In this document: positions 25,732 to 34,900 of the stretch, in pieces
Numbering within the stretch: position 1 is the first letter of the stretch
Layout: every line of letters begins with the position of its first letter
Notes under the pieces: model-generated
Seen by the model: only the letters and a program-made list of their open reading frames with translations
Told to the model about the DNA's origin: nothing
The model's database searches: none
Position numbers and translations under genes: made by a program
IMG/VR virus record: IMGVR_UViG_3300031851_000001
Strand: one strand, 5' to 3'
Source of the DNA: a virus
Lineage: Duplodnaviria > Caudoviricetes
Length of the DNA stretch: 64,000 nucleotides

Positions 25732-26378
25732 ACATTCCAAAAAGACTAAGCCAAATATGGGTTGGACCACGCCCTGCTCCACTCCAATGGCTTCACACTT
25801 GGAGAGACAAACATCCTGAGTGGGAATACTCTATATTTACTGATGAAATGTTACGATCGCGTAAATGGCATAATAGTCATTTGATTGAACACTATTATAA
25901 CACAGGTAAATTCCCAGGAGTATCCGATCTTATCCGATACGAACTGCTATACGAACATGGTGGATTTTGGCCTGAGGCTGATATGACTTGTTTAGAAAAT
26001 ACTGATGAGTTATTTACATCACCAGAGAATTACGCTTATTCTTGTTACGAAAATGAAAAACTACCAACACCAAACATTCAACCTATTATGGCATGTAATC
26101 CTGAGAATGTATTCGTCAAACATGTTATTAATACACTCCATAAATTAAAACCAACTGATTTAAGCCCAGAGCCATTTAGATCCACGGGTAATCTATTTCT
26201 ATCTAAACACCACCCAAATTTTAAACATATGATAACTATATGGCCAAGTCATTATTTTATTCCGTTGTTTTATATTGGTGGCGCAAAAAGATATAATGGA
26301 CCAGATAAAGTTTATGCAGACCATAAATGGGGATCTACTGGACATGCAAATAGTATAACATATGATAAGGGTATATAA
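25728..26378 (+). CDS. glycosyltransferase, GT32/DxD-type
   Basis: IPKRLSQIWVG, SDLIRYELLYEHGGFWPEAD. Confidence 0.8.
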   Translation: MNIPKRLSQIWVGPRPAPLQWLHTWRDKHPEWEYSIFTDEMLRSRKWHNSHLIEHYYNTGKFPGVSDLIRYELLYEHGGFWPEADMTCLENTDELFTSPENYAYSCYENEKLPTPNIQPIMACNPENVFVKHVINTLHKLKPTDLSPEPFRSTGNLFLSKHHPNFKHMITIWPSHYFIPLFYIGGAKRYNGPDKVYADHKWGSTGHANSITYDKGI

Positions 26379-27049
26379 TGTACATATCTCACAAATATAA
26401 ATTAATATTTTTACGAACACCAAAAACTGCGAGCAGCAGCTTATCTGAGTTCTTTATTAAAAACATTCCTGATCCTAACGCAATTTATACACCGGTTGAA
26501 GATTCTAATATACCAGCCACGTTAAGCCAAGATATAATTAATAAGTATAAATTAAACTTTAAATATTATCATTTTACATTACAGGATTTAGTTGAAAATC
26601 GTATTATAACTCCAATGGCTGCTATTGAATATAAATCTATTGCGGTCGTAAGAGATCCTGTTGATAGACAAAAAAGCTTTTACTATTTCTATAAGAGGTG
26701 GACTAATAATCATATACCGCCGTCAATAGAAGAATATAATTCTTGGACACCAAAAGGTCCTTTTATTGGCGAACCAAACTCTGGTATATTACAATCCGAT
26801 ATATTAAAATATAATAACGAAATACACGGTGAGTATTGGCTATACGAAAACATAAGCAACGACTTAAGTGCTCTTATGCGCGAATTAAATATACAAGTAA
26901 AGCATATGTTACCTAACCATAAAAACGATTTTAGAAAAAACCGAAATAACGAAATAACTTTTGATAATAGAGCGATGGATGTTATGTTAGAATACTTTGC
27001 AAACGATATAACTTTATATAACGAACTTGCTGAGGAAACATACGTATGA
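26378..27049 (+). CDS. sulfotransferase family 2 protein
   Basis: ISHKYKLIFLRTPKTASSS (5'PSB), VVRDPVDRQKSFY (3'PB). Confidence 0.8.
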   Translation: MYISHKYKLIFLRTPKTASSSLSEFFIKNIPDPNAIYTPVEDSNIPATLSQDIINKYKLNFKYYHFTLQDLVENRIITPMAAIEYKSIAVVRDPVDRQKSFYYFYKRWTNNHIPPSIEEYNSWTPKGPFIGEPNSGILQSDILKYNNEIHGEYWLYENISNDLSALMRELNIQVKHMLPNHKNDFRKNRNNEITFDNRAMDVMLEYFANDITLYNELAEETYV

Positions 27050-27735
27050 AGGCGTATATTTTAAAAATTGATAATAAGTTATCGCACGATTATGCAAAAG
27101 TTGCTGCTGACTCTTGTGATAAGATTGGTTTACCTTGGACATATCATTTAGGATATAGTAATCAGTCAGGTAAAGCAGCATTTAAAGATTTAGGTATACC
27201 TAGATTACCAACTGAAAATTATGAATATATTGCGGAACCAACTAATGGTCAAAAAGCAATGTGTTGTACCGCTGGTCATTTTGCTATATGGAAAAGGATT
27301 GCTGAAGGTACTGACAATATAGGGATTGTACTTGAACACGATGCAATAATGCTCCAACGCCCTTGCAAATTTATAACTATACCAGAAAATACTATTGTTG
27401 TGTTAGGATATAAAATATCAGATCCAGAAAATTATAAACATGAAGAGGCTGGTCCACCAACTGATTTGATACCAATTATTGGTCATGAAGGAGCTCATGC
27501 ATACGCTATGACTAGACGAACTGCACAGTTTTTAATTAACGAAATATCCCAAAAAGGTATAAGAAGCGCAGTTGATAATGATTACTTTATTCGTGGTCAG
27601 CGTAGAACAGCCATGCCATTACACATAGCCTCGCCAACTCCTGCACTTGGATGGATTAGGGAGTCGACTATTTGGGCAAAATCGGCTTCTAATAACTATG
27701 AATTCATACCCTCTTTTCAAAAATATTATAAATAG
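27046..27735 (+). CDS. glycosyltransferase family 25-like
   Basis: CCTAGHFAIWKRI, IVLEHDA, GAHAYAMT. Confidence 0.75.
   Translation: MKAYILKIDNKLSHDYAKVAADSCDKIGLPWTYHLGYSNQSGKAAFKDLGIPRLPTENYEYIAEPTNGQKAMCCTAGHFAIWKRIAEGTDNIGIVLEHDAIMLQRPCKFITIPENTIVVLGYKISDPENYKHEEAGPPTDLIPIIGHEGAHAYAMTRRTAQFLINEISQKGIRSAVDNDYFIRGQRRTAMPLHIASPTPALGWIRESTIWAKSASNNYEFIPSFQKYYK
27727..27734 (+). promoter_or_regulatory. T4-type late promoter
   Basis: TATAAATA upstream of 27767. Confidence 0.65.
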
Positions 27736-27766
27736 AATTAAATCTAATATACTAGGATCTACAATT

Positions 27767-30118
27767 ATGGTTGACGAACCGCAAGACATTAATGACCCGA
27801 AGAATAACGATGAAGACGAAGTCAAACCTAAGCCAAAGGCGAAGGATAAAGATGGCAAGCGAAAACTTCAAAGCTTTAAAGGATTTGATGCAAACAAATA
27901 TGTTGATGTTGAACCAACATTAGCTGAGGCAGCTGGCGACGATAAACCAGCAGTCGTAACATTTGGCAGAATGAATCCAATTACAGTAGGTCATGAAAAA
28001 TTAGCAGCCGCTGTTATTTCAAACGCGAAGCAACGTGGTGGTACCCCTTATATTTACCTTTCGCAATCACAAGATAAAAACAAAAATCCATTAAGTTATA
28101 ATGATAAAATCAAATACGCGCAAAAGGCGTTTGGGCCAGCAGTCATTAAATCAAAAGCTCGTACTATCATTGAAGTGATGGTTGAGTTAAGTGGCAAACA
28201 TAAAGATGTTATAGTAGTTGTTGGTTCTGACAGGGTAAAAGAATTTGATAGACTATTAAACAAATATAATAAATCCTCTGCTGGCTATGTATTCAATAAT
28301 ATAAAAGTTGTATCAGCAGGCCAACGCGATCCTGATGCCGAAGGCGTTAAAGGAATGTCTGGAACTAAAATGCGTGGCTACGCCGCGGATAACGATGTTA
28401 AGAAATTCGCAACCGGATTACCAAGTAAACTAAAAACAAGCGCAGCCGCGATATTAGCCGACGTGCGAAAGGGAATGAACATGTCAGAAGATAACGATAA
28501 CGAATTTGAAAACATTGAGGAAATTGTAGAAGATACACAAGATCTCGATGAAGTATTAGACCGTATGCAGCGCCGAGCTATTGGTATTAGAATGCGTAAA
28601 AACAGACATAAAATGAAACGTGGTAGAGAAAAAGCGGCTCGACGAACTGCAACTATGGAAGTACTTAAGAAACGTGCTCGCAAACAGGCAATCATAAATC
28701 TTAAAAACCGTTTTGCAAAAAATAAACGATATGCTGATATGTCGTCTGGTGAAAAGATTGTAATTGATAAGCGTGTTGCTAAATTCTCTAAACAAAGATT
28801 AGATGCAATGGCGCGTAAGTTATTACCAAAAGTTAAAATTAAAGAACGCGATCGTAAAAGAGCTAAGAATAAAAATGAAAATTTGGATATGAATACGCAG
28901 TTCCAAAACTTTATGACAGAAAAAACTGGACCATATTATAAAGGTGTAGCTCAGGATAAAAAAGACGATCGTGAAGATCACTTTGAGCGTAATGCCAAAA
29001 AGGCTGATAACGATGCCTCTGCATATAAGCCGGCTCCCGGAGATAAAGAAGCAAAGACTAAAGAGTCAAAGCATACTAAAAAAGCTCGTGCAATGGGTTA
29101 TACTGAAGAGTTGGAAGAAAGCCATATCTGGGGACAACGTCAAGGTAAACGCCCTCATATGCTTTTAGACAAAAATGGCAAGACAAAGTTTGATAAGCGT
29201 TTCAAAATGTATAAGCCAAAACTTCAAGAAAACGTTGATGAGTTTAACATTGAAGATATTACAGATTTAATGGAATCAACAGAGTCATATATTAAAGAAG
29301 ATGCTGCTGATAAATCTTTGGCTAAAAAAGCTGACAAATCTGGTATGCCACAAGGTGTTTTAAAACAAGTATATAACCGTGGTGTAGCTGCGTGGAAAAC
29401 TGGTCATAGACCGGGAACTACACCAGAACAATGGGGACATGCTCGAGTAAACTCTTTTATTACTAAATCTTCTGGTACATGGGGCAAAGCTGATAAAGAC
29501 TTGGCTGCTAAAGTACGTAAAGAAGAAGTAGAACTTGAAGAAACATATAAGATTACTAAAGTATATAATCCAACTACGAAAAAATCTCGTGCAGCTGGAA
29601 AAAGTACAGCAACGTTTGCGGTACATACACATGATCGTAAATACTTTAAAGAGTTTCCAAATCAAAAAGATGCTGAAAACCATATGAAATCTCTCGGTAA
29701 AAAAGAAGAAACCAACCTCGACGAAATGGATTTTTCTATTAAATCAGTAAAGAAATCTGGTTTAGCCAATGTTAAAAAGGCAAATAACTTTGATAAATTA
29801 AAAGCTGATATTGCTAAAATGAGAAAAAATCTCAATAAAGGTAAACCACTTCAAGCTGAAGCAGAAATTAATGAGTTAGATAAAGATACGCTTGCTAACT
29901 ATGCCAATAAGGCTATTAAAGATAAAGAGCAAGCTCAATATAACAAAAGCCGTGCTCAAAATTCTAGAGCAGCTAATGTTGTTCGTGGTAACTCAGACGG
30001 CATCAAAAAAGATGTTAAAGATATTGACAAAGCTGATGCGAGAATTAAACGTCGCGAACGTGGCGCAGCAAACTTCACTCGTAAAATATTAAAGGGTGAT
30101 AAGGAAAACGAAGAATGA
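27767..30118 (+). CDS. HxGH nucleotidyltransferase (cytidylyltransferase-like) fused to multiple small basic modules
   Basis: FGRMNPITVGH, VVVGSDRV, MSGTKMR; later module KQVYNRGVAAWKTGHRPGTTPEQWGHARVNSF (DUF5824-like). Confidence 0.75.
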   Translation: MVDEPQDINDPKNNDEDEVKPKPKAKDKDGKRKLQSFKGFDANKYVDVEPTLAEAAGDDKPAVVTFGRMNPITVGHEKLAAAVISNAKQRGGTPYIYLSQSQDKNKNPLSYNDKIKYAQKAFGPAVIKSKARTIIEVMVELSGKHKDVIVVVGSDRVKEFDRLLNKYNKSSAGYVFNNIKVVSAGQRDPDAEGVKGMSGTKMRGYAADNDVKKFATGLPSKLKTSAAAILADVRKGMNMSEDNDNEFENIEEIVEDTQDLDEVLDRMQRRAIGIRMRKNRHKMKRGREKAARRTATMEVLKKRARKQAIINLKNRFAKNKRYADMSSGEKIVIDKRVAKFSKQRLDAMARKLLPKVKIKERDRKRAKNKNENLDMNTQFQNFMTEKTGPYYKGVAQDKKDDREDHFERNAKKADNDASAYKPAPGDKEAKTKESKHTKKARAMGYTEELEESHIWGQRQGKRPHMLLDKNGKTKFDKRFKMYKPKLQENVDEFNIEDITDLMESTESYIKEDAADKSLAKKADKSGMPQGVLKQVYNRGVAAWKTGHRPGTTPEQWGHARVNSFITKSSGTWGKADKDLAAKVRKEEVELEETYKITKVYNPTTKKSRAAGKSTATFAVHTHDRKYFKEFPNQKDAENHMKSLGKKEETNLDEMDFSIKSVKKSGLANVKKANNFDKLKADIAKMRKNLNKGKPLQAEAEINELDKDTLANYANKAIKDKEQAQYNKSRAQNSRAANVVRGNSDGIKKDVKDIDKADARIKRRERGAANFTRKILKGDKENEE

Positions 30119-30690
30119 AAAAATTTAAACAACACGTTCAATCAAAAGCTGGTGCCGGTGATATTGGTACTGATGAATTAGTCAAAACTCTTAAGTCTGA
30201 TACTCCAATGGAAGAAGCTTGTTGGAGTACTCACAAACAAGTTGGTATGAAGAAAAAAGGGGACAAGATGGTTCCTAACTGTGTACCTAAAAATGAAGAT
30301 GCTGAATACGATAACGAAGGTGGCATGTCAAAAAATCAATTAAAGACTATGATTGATGCTGCACAAGAGTTACATAGTATGCTTGACGACGACGAGAATA
30401 TGCCTGAGTGGGTACAATCAAAAATTACAAAAGCAACTGATTACATTGATACTGTTAGAGATTATATGAAATCAAACGATGTAAGTGAAGGTTCTGAAAC
30501 TTGGGAAGCTGGTTATAAACGTCGTGTAGTTAAAACAACTAGTCCTGAACATAAAGAGGCTGGTCACAAATGGCGCATCAAAGGTAAAGATAAAGCAAAC
30601 CTTTCTATTAAATTATATAAAGAAAAACCATCTCAACAAGAGTTTAATAAGCAAATGAAAAGAGTTGCTGGCCACGAGTTTGGCGGTTAA
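30115..30690 (+). CDS. modular putative internal head protein
   Basis: MKKFKQH; modules EEACW...VPNCVP, MPEWVQSKITKATDYI, WEAGYKRRVV. Confidence 0.6.
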   Translation: MKKFKQHVQSKAGAGDIGTDELVKTLKSDTPMEEACWSTHKQVGMKKKGDKMVPNCVPKNEDAEYDNEGGMSKNQLKTMIDAAQELHSMLDDDENMPEWVQSKITKATDYIDTVRDYMKSNDVSEGSETWEAGYKRRVVKTTSPEHKEAGHKWRIKGKDKANLSIKLYKEKPSQQEFNKQMKRVAGHEFGG

Positions 30691-30691
30691 T

Positions 30692-31138
30692 GTGTTACGG
30701 TTTAAACAATATATGACTGAATATACTGTTAAGTCAATGGCAAAATACCATGAAATAACAGGCACAGAATTTATTAAGCCTAAGGTTAAATTATTAAAGT
30801 TACCAACAAAAAACGTAACTGATAATGATTTAATATATGCTCATTTAATGTATGGTCACCTAGAAAGCTATCAGTATGCGGAACTTGCATTTCCGGGTTC
30901 TACCAGAAAGACTAATGCGTGGTTTAGTAAATATTCTAAAATGGCTAAAGTATATGGCGAAGAAAACGACGCAGGCGACCATTTATCTGTTATGAGAAAA
31001 GCTGCTGAAATGACTAGTGAACGTAGTAAAAACTTTAAATTAAATGGTAGAGAATGGAAATCTAGTAAACAAGGTAAAGCTTGGAATGCATGGGAAACTG
31101 AGCAAAGAAAAATTTATCCGGAGCAATGGAATGATTAG
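30692..31138 (+). CDS. putative internal head protein
   Basis: GTG start giving MLRFKQYMTE. Confidence 0.55.
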   Translation: MLRFKQYMTEYTVKSMAKYHEITGTEFIKPKVKLLKLPTKNVTDNDLIYAHLMYGHLESYQYAELAFPGSTRKTNAWFSKYSKMAKVYGEENDAGDHLSVMRKAAEMTSERSKNFKLNGREWKSSKQGKAWNAWETEQRKIYPEQWND

Positions 31139-31895
31139 GTTTAAACGTTATATAACAGAAAGTGCTAACTCTTCGCACGATCACCATCATACAAGTTCTA
31201 GTAAAATTGATACTGATAAGCACAATGCAGGTAAGGGTAAAAACCCAGAGCATCCTATGTGGTTATCTCATAATGCTCACCAAGCTGCGGGTTGGCATAA
31301 AAATCATGAACAAGAAAATGGTTCAGCGCATACCTATAAGGTAAAAGTAAAGAACGTTGCTCATCATACAGACCCAAAGGTTAAAGCCTTATTTAAAAAG
31401 CATGGTCATAGTATGAAAGATTATCACTCTGAGCTTGTTAGCAATCCAAGCCATAAAGAAGTACATAACCACCCAGCAACAAAAATGCTCAAGAAGGCTG
31501 GTTATCATGGGCATACTCACTCAGATTATCATTCACATGACTTTTCTAAGGACCATGACTCAACTGTAGTATTTCACAGAAAACATGCGACAATGCACGA
31601 CGCAAATAAAGAACCAGCTCATAAGCATGCTGATACTAAACACACCGTTGGAAATCATAGTGTTACACATAAAACTCATCAGGAATATATGGACGGAAGT
31701 CACCGACCACTAGACCATGGTGGTACAGAGTCTAGGCTATCAACATCACACGATCATGCCAAAACTCTTAAAGCAAAACTTAAAGGTACTGGTAATAAAA
31801 TTAATATAACTAAAAATAAATCTGGATCTAGGATAAAGGTTACGCATTCTGATAGTGCTGCTCGAGACACGTTCCATAAACACTTAAAAGGGTGA
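31131..31895 (+). CDS. His-rich putative internal head protein with ADP-ribosyltransferase-like pattern
   Basis: MIRFKRYITE; about 41 His in about 254 aa; HHT...WLS..A..W...TYKVKV...LKKAGYHG...TVVF. Confidence 0.5.
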   Translation: MIRFKRYITESANSSHDHHHTSSSKIDTDKHNAGKGKNPEHPMWLSHNAHQAAGWHKNHEQENGSAHTYKVKVKNVAHHTDPKVKALFKKHGHSMKDYHSELVSNPSHKEVHNHPATKMLKKAGYHGHTHSDYHSHDFSKDHDSTVVFHRKHATMHDANKEPAHKHADTKHTVGNHSVTHKTHQEYMDGSHRPLDHGGTESRLSTSHDHAKTLKAKLKGTGNKINITKNKSGSRIKVTHSDSAARDTFHKHLKG

Positions 31896-31899
31896 AAGT

Positions 31900-32256
31900 A
31901 TGAAAAGTTTTAAGGTGCATTTAAACGAGGCGGTAGATAGACCACCTAGATGGAAAAAAGATACTTCTATGGGAGAGGGCGGCGCTCAAACTATTGAATT
32001 TCCAAAGACTAAGGGTAAGTACAGAGTTTCAAAGTTCCTTGATCATAATGAACGCCATAAAGGTGAATGGAATTTAGAAGTTTGGGACCCTCGGCGTAGA
32101 GAGTTCGTATGGTCTGAGACTCTTGCTCCAAAGGCTTGGGTAAAAGAACTTTGCATATACAGAGGTCAGTTCAAACACGATGCGCGTGGGGATTTTGATA
32201 AAAAACAACAAGTAGCAGATTATAGTAAAACATTTAAATTTGACGGGCATTACTAA
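31900..32256 (+). CDS. putative internal head protein
   Basis: MKSFKVHLNE N-terminus. Confidence 0.55.
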   Translation: MKSFKVHLNEAVDRPPRWKKDTSMGEGGAQTIEFPKTKGKYRVSKFLDHNERHKGEWNLEVWDPRRREFVWSETLAPKAWVKELCIYRGQFKHDARGDFDKKQQVADYSKTFKFDGHY

Positions 32257-32813
32257 TGAAAAGATTTAAAGAATTCACATCACACGATCTTAATGAAAGC
32301 GCCCTAACGGCACTTAGGGTCGCGACAAAGGCCCATTCTGGTCAAACACGTAAAAGCGGCGGTCAATATATTGAACATCCAAAAGAAGTTGCGCGATTTG
32401 TAAAAAAGTTTAAAAAATCTAATAACCTTTCTGCATTAGTACAAGCGGCGTACTTGCACGATACTATTGAAGATACTGATACTACATATGCAGATTTAGT
32501 TAAACAGTTTGGTGCTCTCGTGGCTGACATGGTTAAAGAATTAACTACTGACAAAGCTGCATCTGATGCTATCGGTAAAGGCGAGTACATTGCTAATAAA
32601 ATGGCTAAGATGTCAAGTTGGTCTTTAGTTATTAAACTTGCTGATAGATTAGCAAACGTACAGGATATTGATACACGACCAGCAGCTTTCCAGAAAAAAT
32701 ATGCTGCAGACACTACATTAGCAATAAAACGTTTAAGATCTGATAGATATTTAAGTAAGACTCACAATAAAATCATTTCAGCTATCGAAAAGAAAATTAA
32801 GGAATACGTATAA
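32256..32813 (+). CDS. HD-domain (p)ppGpp hydrolase-like protein (RelA/SpoT HD, MESH1/SAH type)
   Basis: AHSGQTRKSGGQYIEHP, AAYLHDTIEDT, VKELT, IKLADRLAN. Confidence 0.88.
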   Translation: MKRFKEFTSHDLNESALTALRVATKAHSGQTRKSGGQYIEHPKEVARFVKKFKKSNNLSALVQAAYLHDTIEDTDTTYADLVKQFGALVADMVKELTTDKAASDAIGKGEYIANKMAKMSSWSLVIKLADRLANVQDIDTRPAAFQKKYAADTTLAIKRLRSDRYLSKTHNKIISAIEKKIKEYV

Positions 32814-33457
32814 TGAAAAGTTTTAAAACACATATTAGTGAATTATATACTATCGGACATACGAGATCCTATGATGCTGTCGCCAATCGAGCAAAGCAAA
32901 ATGTAAAACATGGTTCAACTGATCCAAAGGATAAAAGATTTGGTACTAAACTTGGTGGTCAAAAAGGTGAGCATGGAGGTGCAGCGTATAAAACTCCGGA
33001 AGATGCTACAAAAGGTGCTAAGGCGTTAAAGAAAGAGTTTCCGGGCAGAAAATACAGTGTATATAAAATGAAAGGTGATTTTGATAAAGACACTTATCAT
33101 AGCAATAAAACTGGTATGAACCATGTAAAAAAAGATACTGAAATTACTCATAAAGTAGCTCATAATGTATCAGAAGAAAAAGATCCACGTTTAGCTCGAG
33201 CTGGCGTAAAAGGTTTTAACAAAGCCAAAGGTACTCCCTCGCATCCTACTAAAAGTCATATTGTTGTTGCTAAAGACGGCGACAAAATAAAGACTATTCG
33301 TTTTGGTGAGCAAGGTGCTTCGACTGCAGGCGATCCTAAAAAGGGTGAGTCTGATAAAATGAAAGCGAAACGTAAATCATTTAAGGCACGCCACGGTAAA
33401 AACATTGCTAAAGGCAAAATGTCAGCTGCATACTGGGCTGACAAGGTCAAATGGTAA
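32813..33457 (+). CDS. two-module putative internal head protein
   Basis: MKSFKTHISE; second module after VSEE: IRFGEQG...RKSFKARH...SAAYWADKVKW. Confidence 0.6.
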   Translation: MKSFKTHISELYTIGHTRSYDAVANRAKQNVKHGSTDPKDKRFGTKLGGQKGEHGGAAYKTPEDATKGAKALKKEFPGRKYSVYKMKGDFDKDTYHSNKTGMNHVKKDTEITHKVAHNVSEEKDPRLARAGVKGFNKAKGTPSHPTKSHIVVAKDGDKIKTIRFGEQGASTAGDPKKGESDKMKAKRKSFKARHGKNIAKGKMSAAYWADKVKW

Positions 33458-33463
33458 TTATTT

Positions 33464-33471
33464 TATAAATA
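33464..33471 (+). promoter_or_regulatory. T4-type late promoter
   Basis: TATAAATA. Confidence 0.65.
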
Positions 33472-33499
33472 GACAGTAATATATCTAAAGGAAATCACA

Positions 33500-34159
33500 A
33501 TGAAACGGTTTAAGACACATTTTAACGAAGCTAAAGACACACATTGTTCAGACAAGTGTTGTGGCGCTGATGTAAAAGCAGAAGATTGTGATTGCCCTGC
33601 TGATTGCGCTCACTGTAATTGTAATGCCAAGAATGAAGCGTTTGACCCTAAACATCCAAAGGTTGTAGCTGCTCGTAAAGCTGTTAAAAACGGTACTTAT
33701 AATGGTAATATGGATACGAATGGTAATGCTATTGTACACATTGATGGTAAACCTCATACAGTAACTAAAGGCGATCCTGCTGCAAAGAATGAAGCAACTA
33801 ACGAAGACATTATTGCTATTATTAACGAACATAATATTACTCTAGAACAATTAGAGAATATGACCGAAGAAGAACTTAACGAATTACTAGGAAAAGCAAT
33901 TGGTGGCGTGGCTAAGGTTATTGGTGGGGTTGCCAAAGGCGCCGGAAGATTGGCGGGCGCAGGTATTAAACGAGCAGTAATGACAAAGCAAGGTAGTATT
34001 CGTGGTACTAAGGCTGCAAAACAAGATAAAGCAGGCGATAGAGCAGAAAAAATGGCTAGAGAAAGAGAAAAAGAATTCAAGCGCAAAAAGCGGATTTCTG
34101 ACATGAAGCAAAGAGCTAGTGACTTGGATCAAAAAATCTCTGACTTAAATAATAAATAA
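33500..34159 (+). CDS. modular putative internal head protein with Cys-rich segment
   Basis: MKRFKTHFNE; HCSDKCC...CDCPADCAHCNCN. Confidence 0.6.
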   Translation: MKRFKTHFNEAKDTHCSDKCCGADVKAEDCDCPADCAHCNCNAKNEAFDPKHPKVVAARKAVKNGTYNGNMDTNGNAIVHIDGKPHTVTKGDPAAKNEATNEDIIAIINEHNITLEQLENMTEEELNELLGKAIGGVAKVIGGVAKGAGRLAGAGIKRAVMTKQGSIRGTKAAKQDKAGDRAEKMAREREKEFKRKKRISDMKQRASDLDQKISDLNNK

Positions 34160-34196
34160 ATACAACTATAACTAAACCTCATTAAGGAGAACTACA

Positions 34197-34505
34197 ATGG
34201 GATCATGGGCAAAATTGGATAACGCAGCATCGGCACCGAAATGGCTTTCTGCTGACGCTAATAATCCAAATAAATCAAACGATAAAGATAACGCAATCTT
34301 TGTTTCTGATGAAGAAGCAGCTGTTGCATCAAACCGTGCCAAAGGTATTACAGGACCGGGTTGGTGGTTGTATCATACAGATGGTGGAAGACACCACGCT
34401 GAATGCTTAGTGCCAATGAAAGGCGGAACAGTGGATCAAGCTACTGTCGGCGATGATGGTGTTACTGGTACAGGCGACGATACAATCGTAGCAGATCCTG
34501 CATAA
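34197..34505 (+). CDS. hypothetical protein, possibly structural
   Basis: AAGGAG SD; MGSWAKLD, GITGPGWW. Confidence 0.6.
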   Translation: MGSWAKLDNAASAPKWLSADANNPNKSNDKDNAIFVSDEEAAVASNRAKGITGPGWWLYHTDGGRHHAECLVPMKGGTVDQATVGDDGVTGTGDDTIVADPA

Positions 34506-34523
34506 TAGAATAGAAGATAAATT

Positions 34524-34898
34524 ATGAAATTGACAGAATCAACCTTTCTGTTGTTTGCTTCGAAATATTACGACAATCCTAATTGTACTGATATAGTCGA
34601 ATTTGATGAGGACTTGAAAAGATTTCAGTATTTACGCAAACTATTTGGTAGATACAAACAAGATAATGATTTGAAAGAAAGGTTGATCCTGAACCACTTG
34701 ATCGTTATATACAATATCTTTGGGCCTGAAGCAACTAACATGCTTTTTATGAAACTCCATGAATACCATGGGTTTTTAAAACCATTCGTGGAATATTTAA
34801 ATTTCATGCCACAGGTCGTTATGTACGACGAATTTGTAATACATAGAGATAGTATAGAATCAGATAAATACATTAGCGATAAGCTAAAAGGAATATAA
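34524..34898 (+). CDS. conserved T4-like hypothetical protein
   Basis: KYYDNP...EFDEDLKRF..L..LFGRY...ERLILNHLIVIYNIFG. Confidence 0.7.
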   Translation: MKLTESTFLLFASKYYDNPNCTDIVEFDEDLKRFQYLRKLFGRYKQDNDLKERLILNHLIVIYNIFGPEATNMLFMKLHEYHGFLKPFVEYLNFMPQVVMYDEFVIHRDSIESDKYISDKLKGI

Positions 34899-34900
34899 AC

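Noticed and set aside
27647-27766. Upstream extension of the 823-aa ORF
   Set aside because: Overlaps the GT25 gene and the late promoter at 27727; ATG 27767 with an AGGA SD is more plausible
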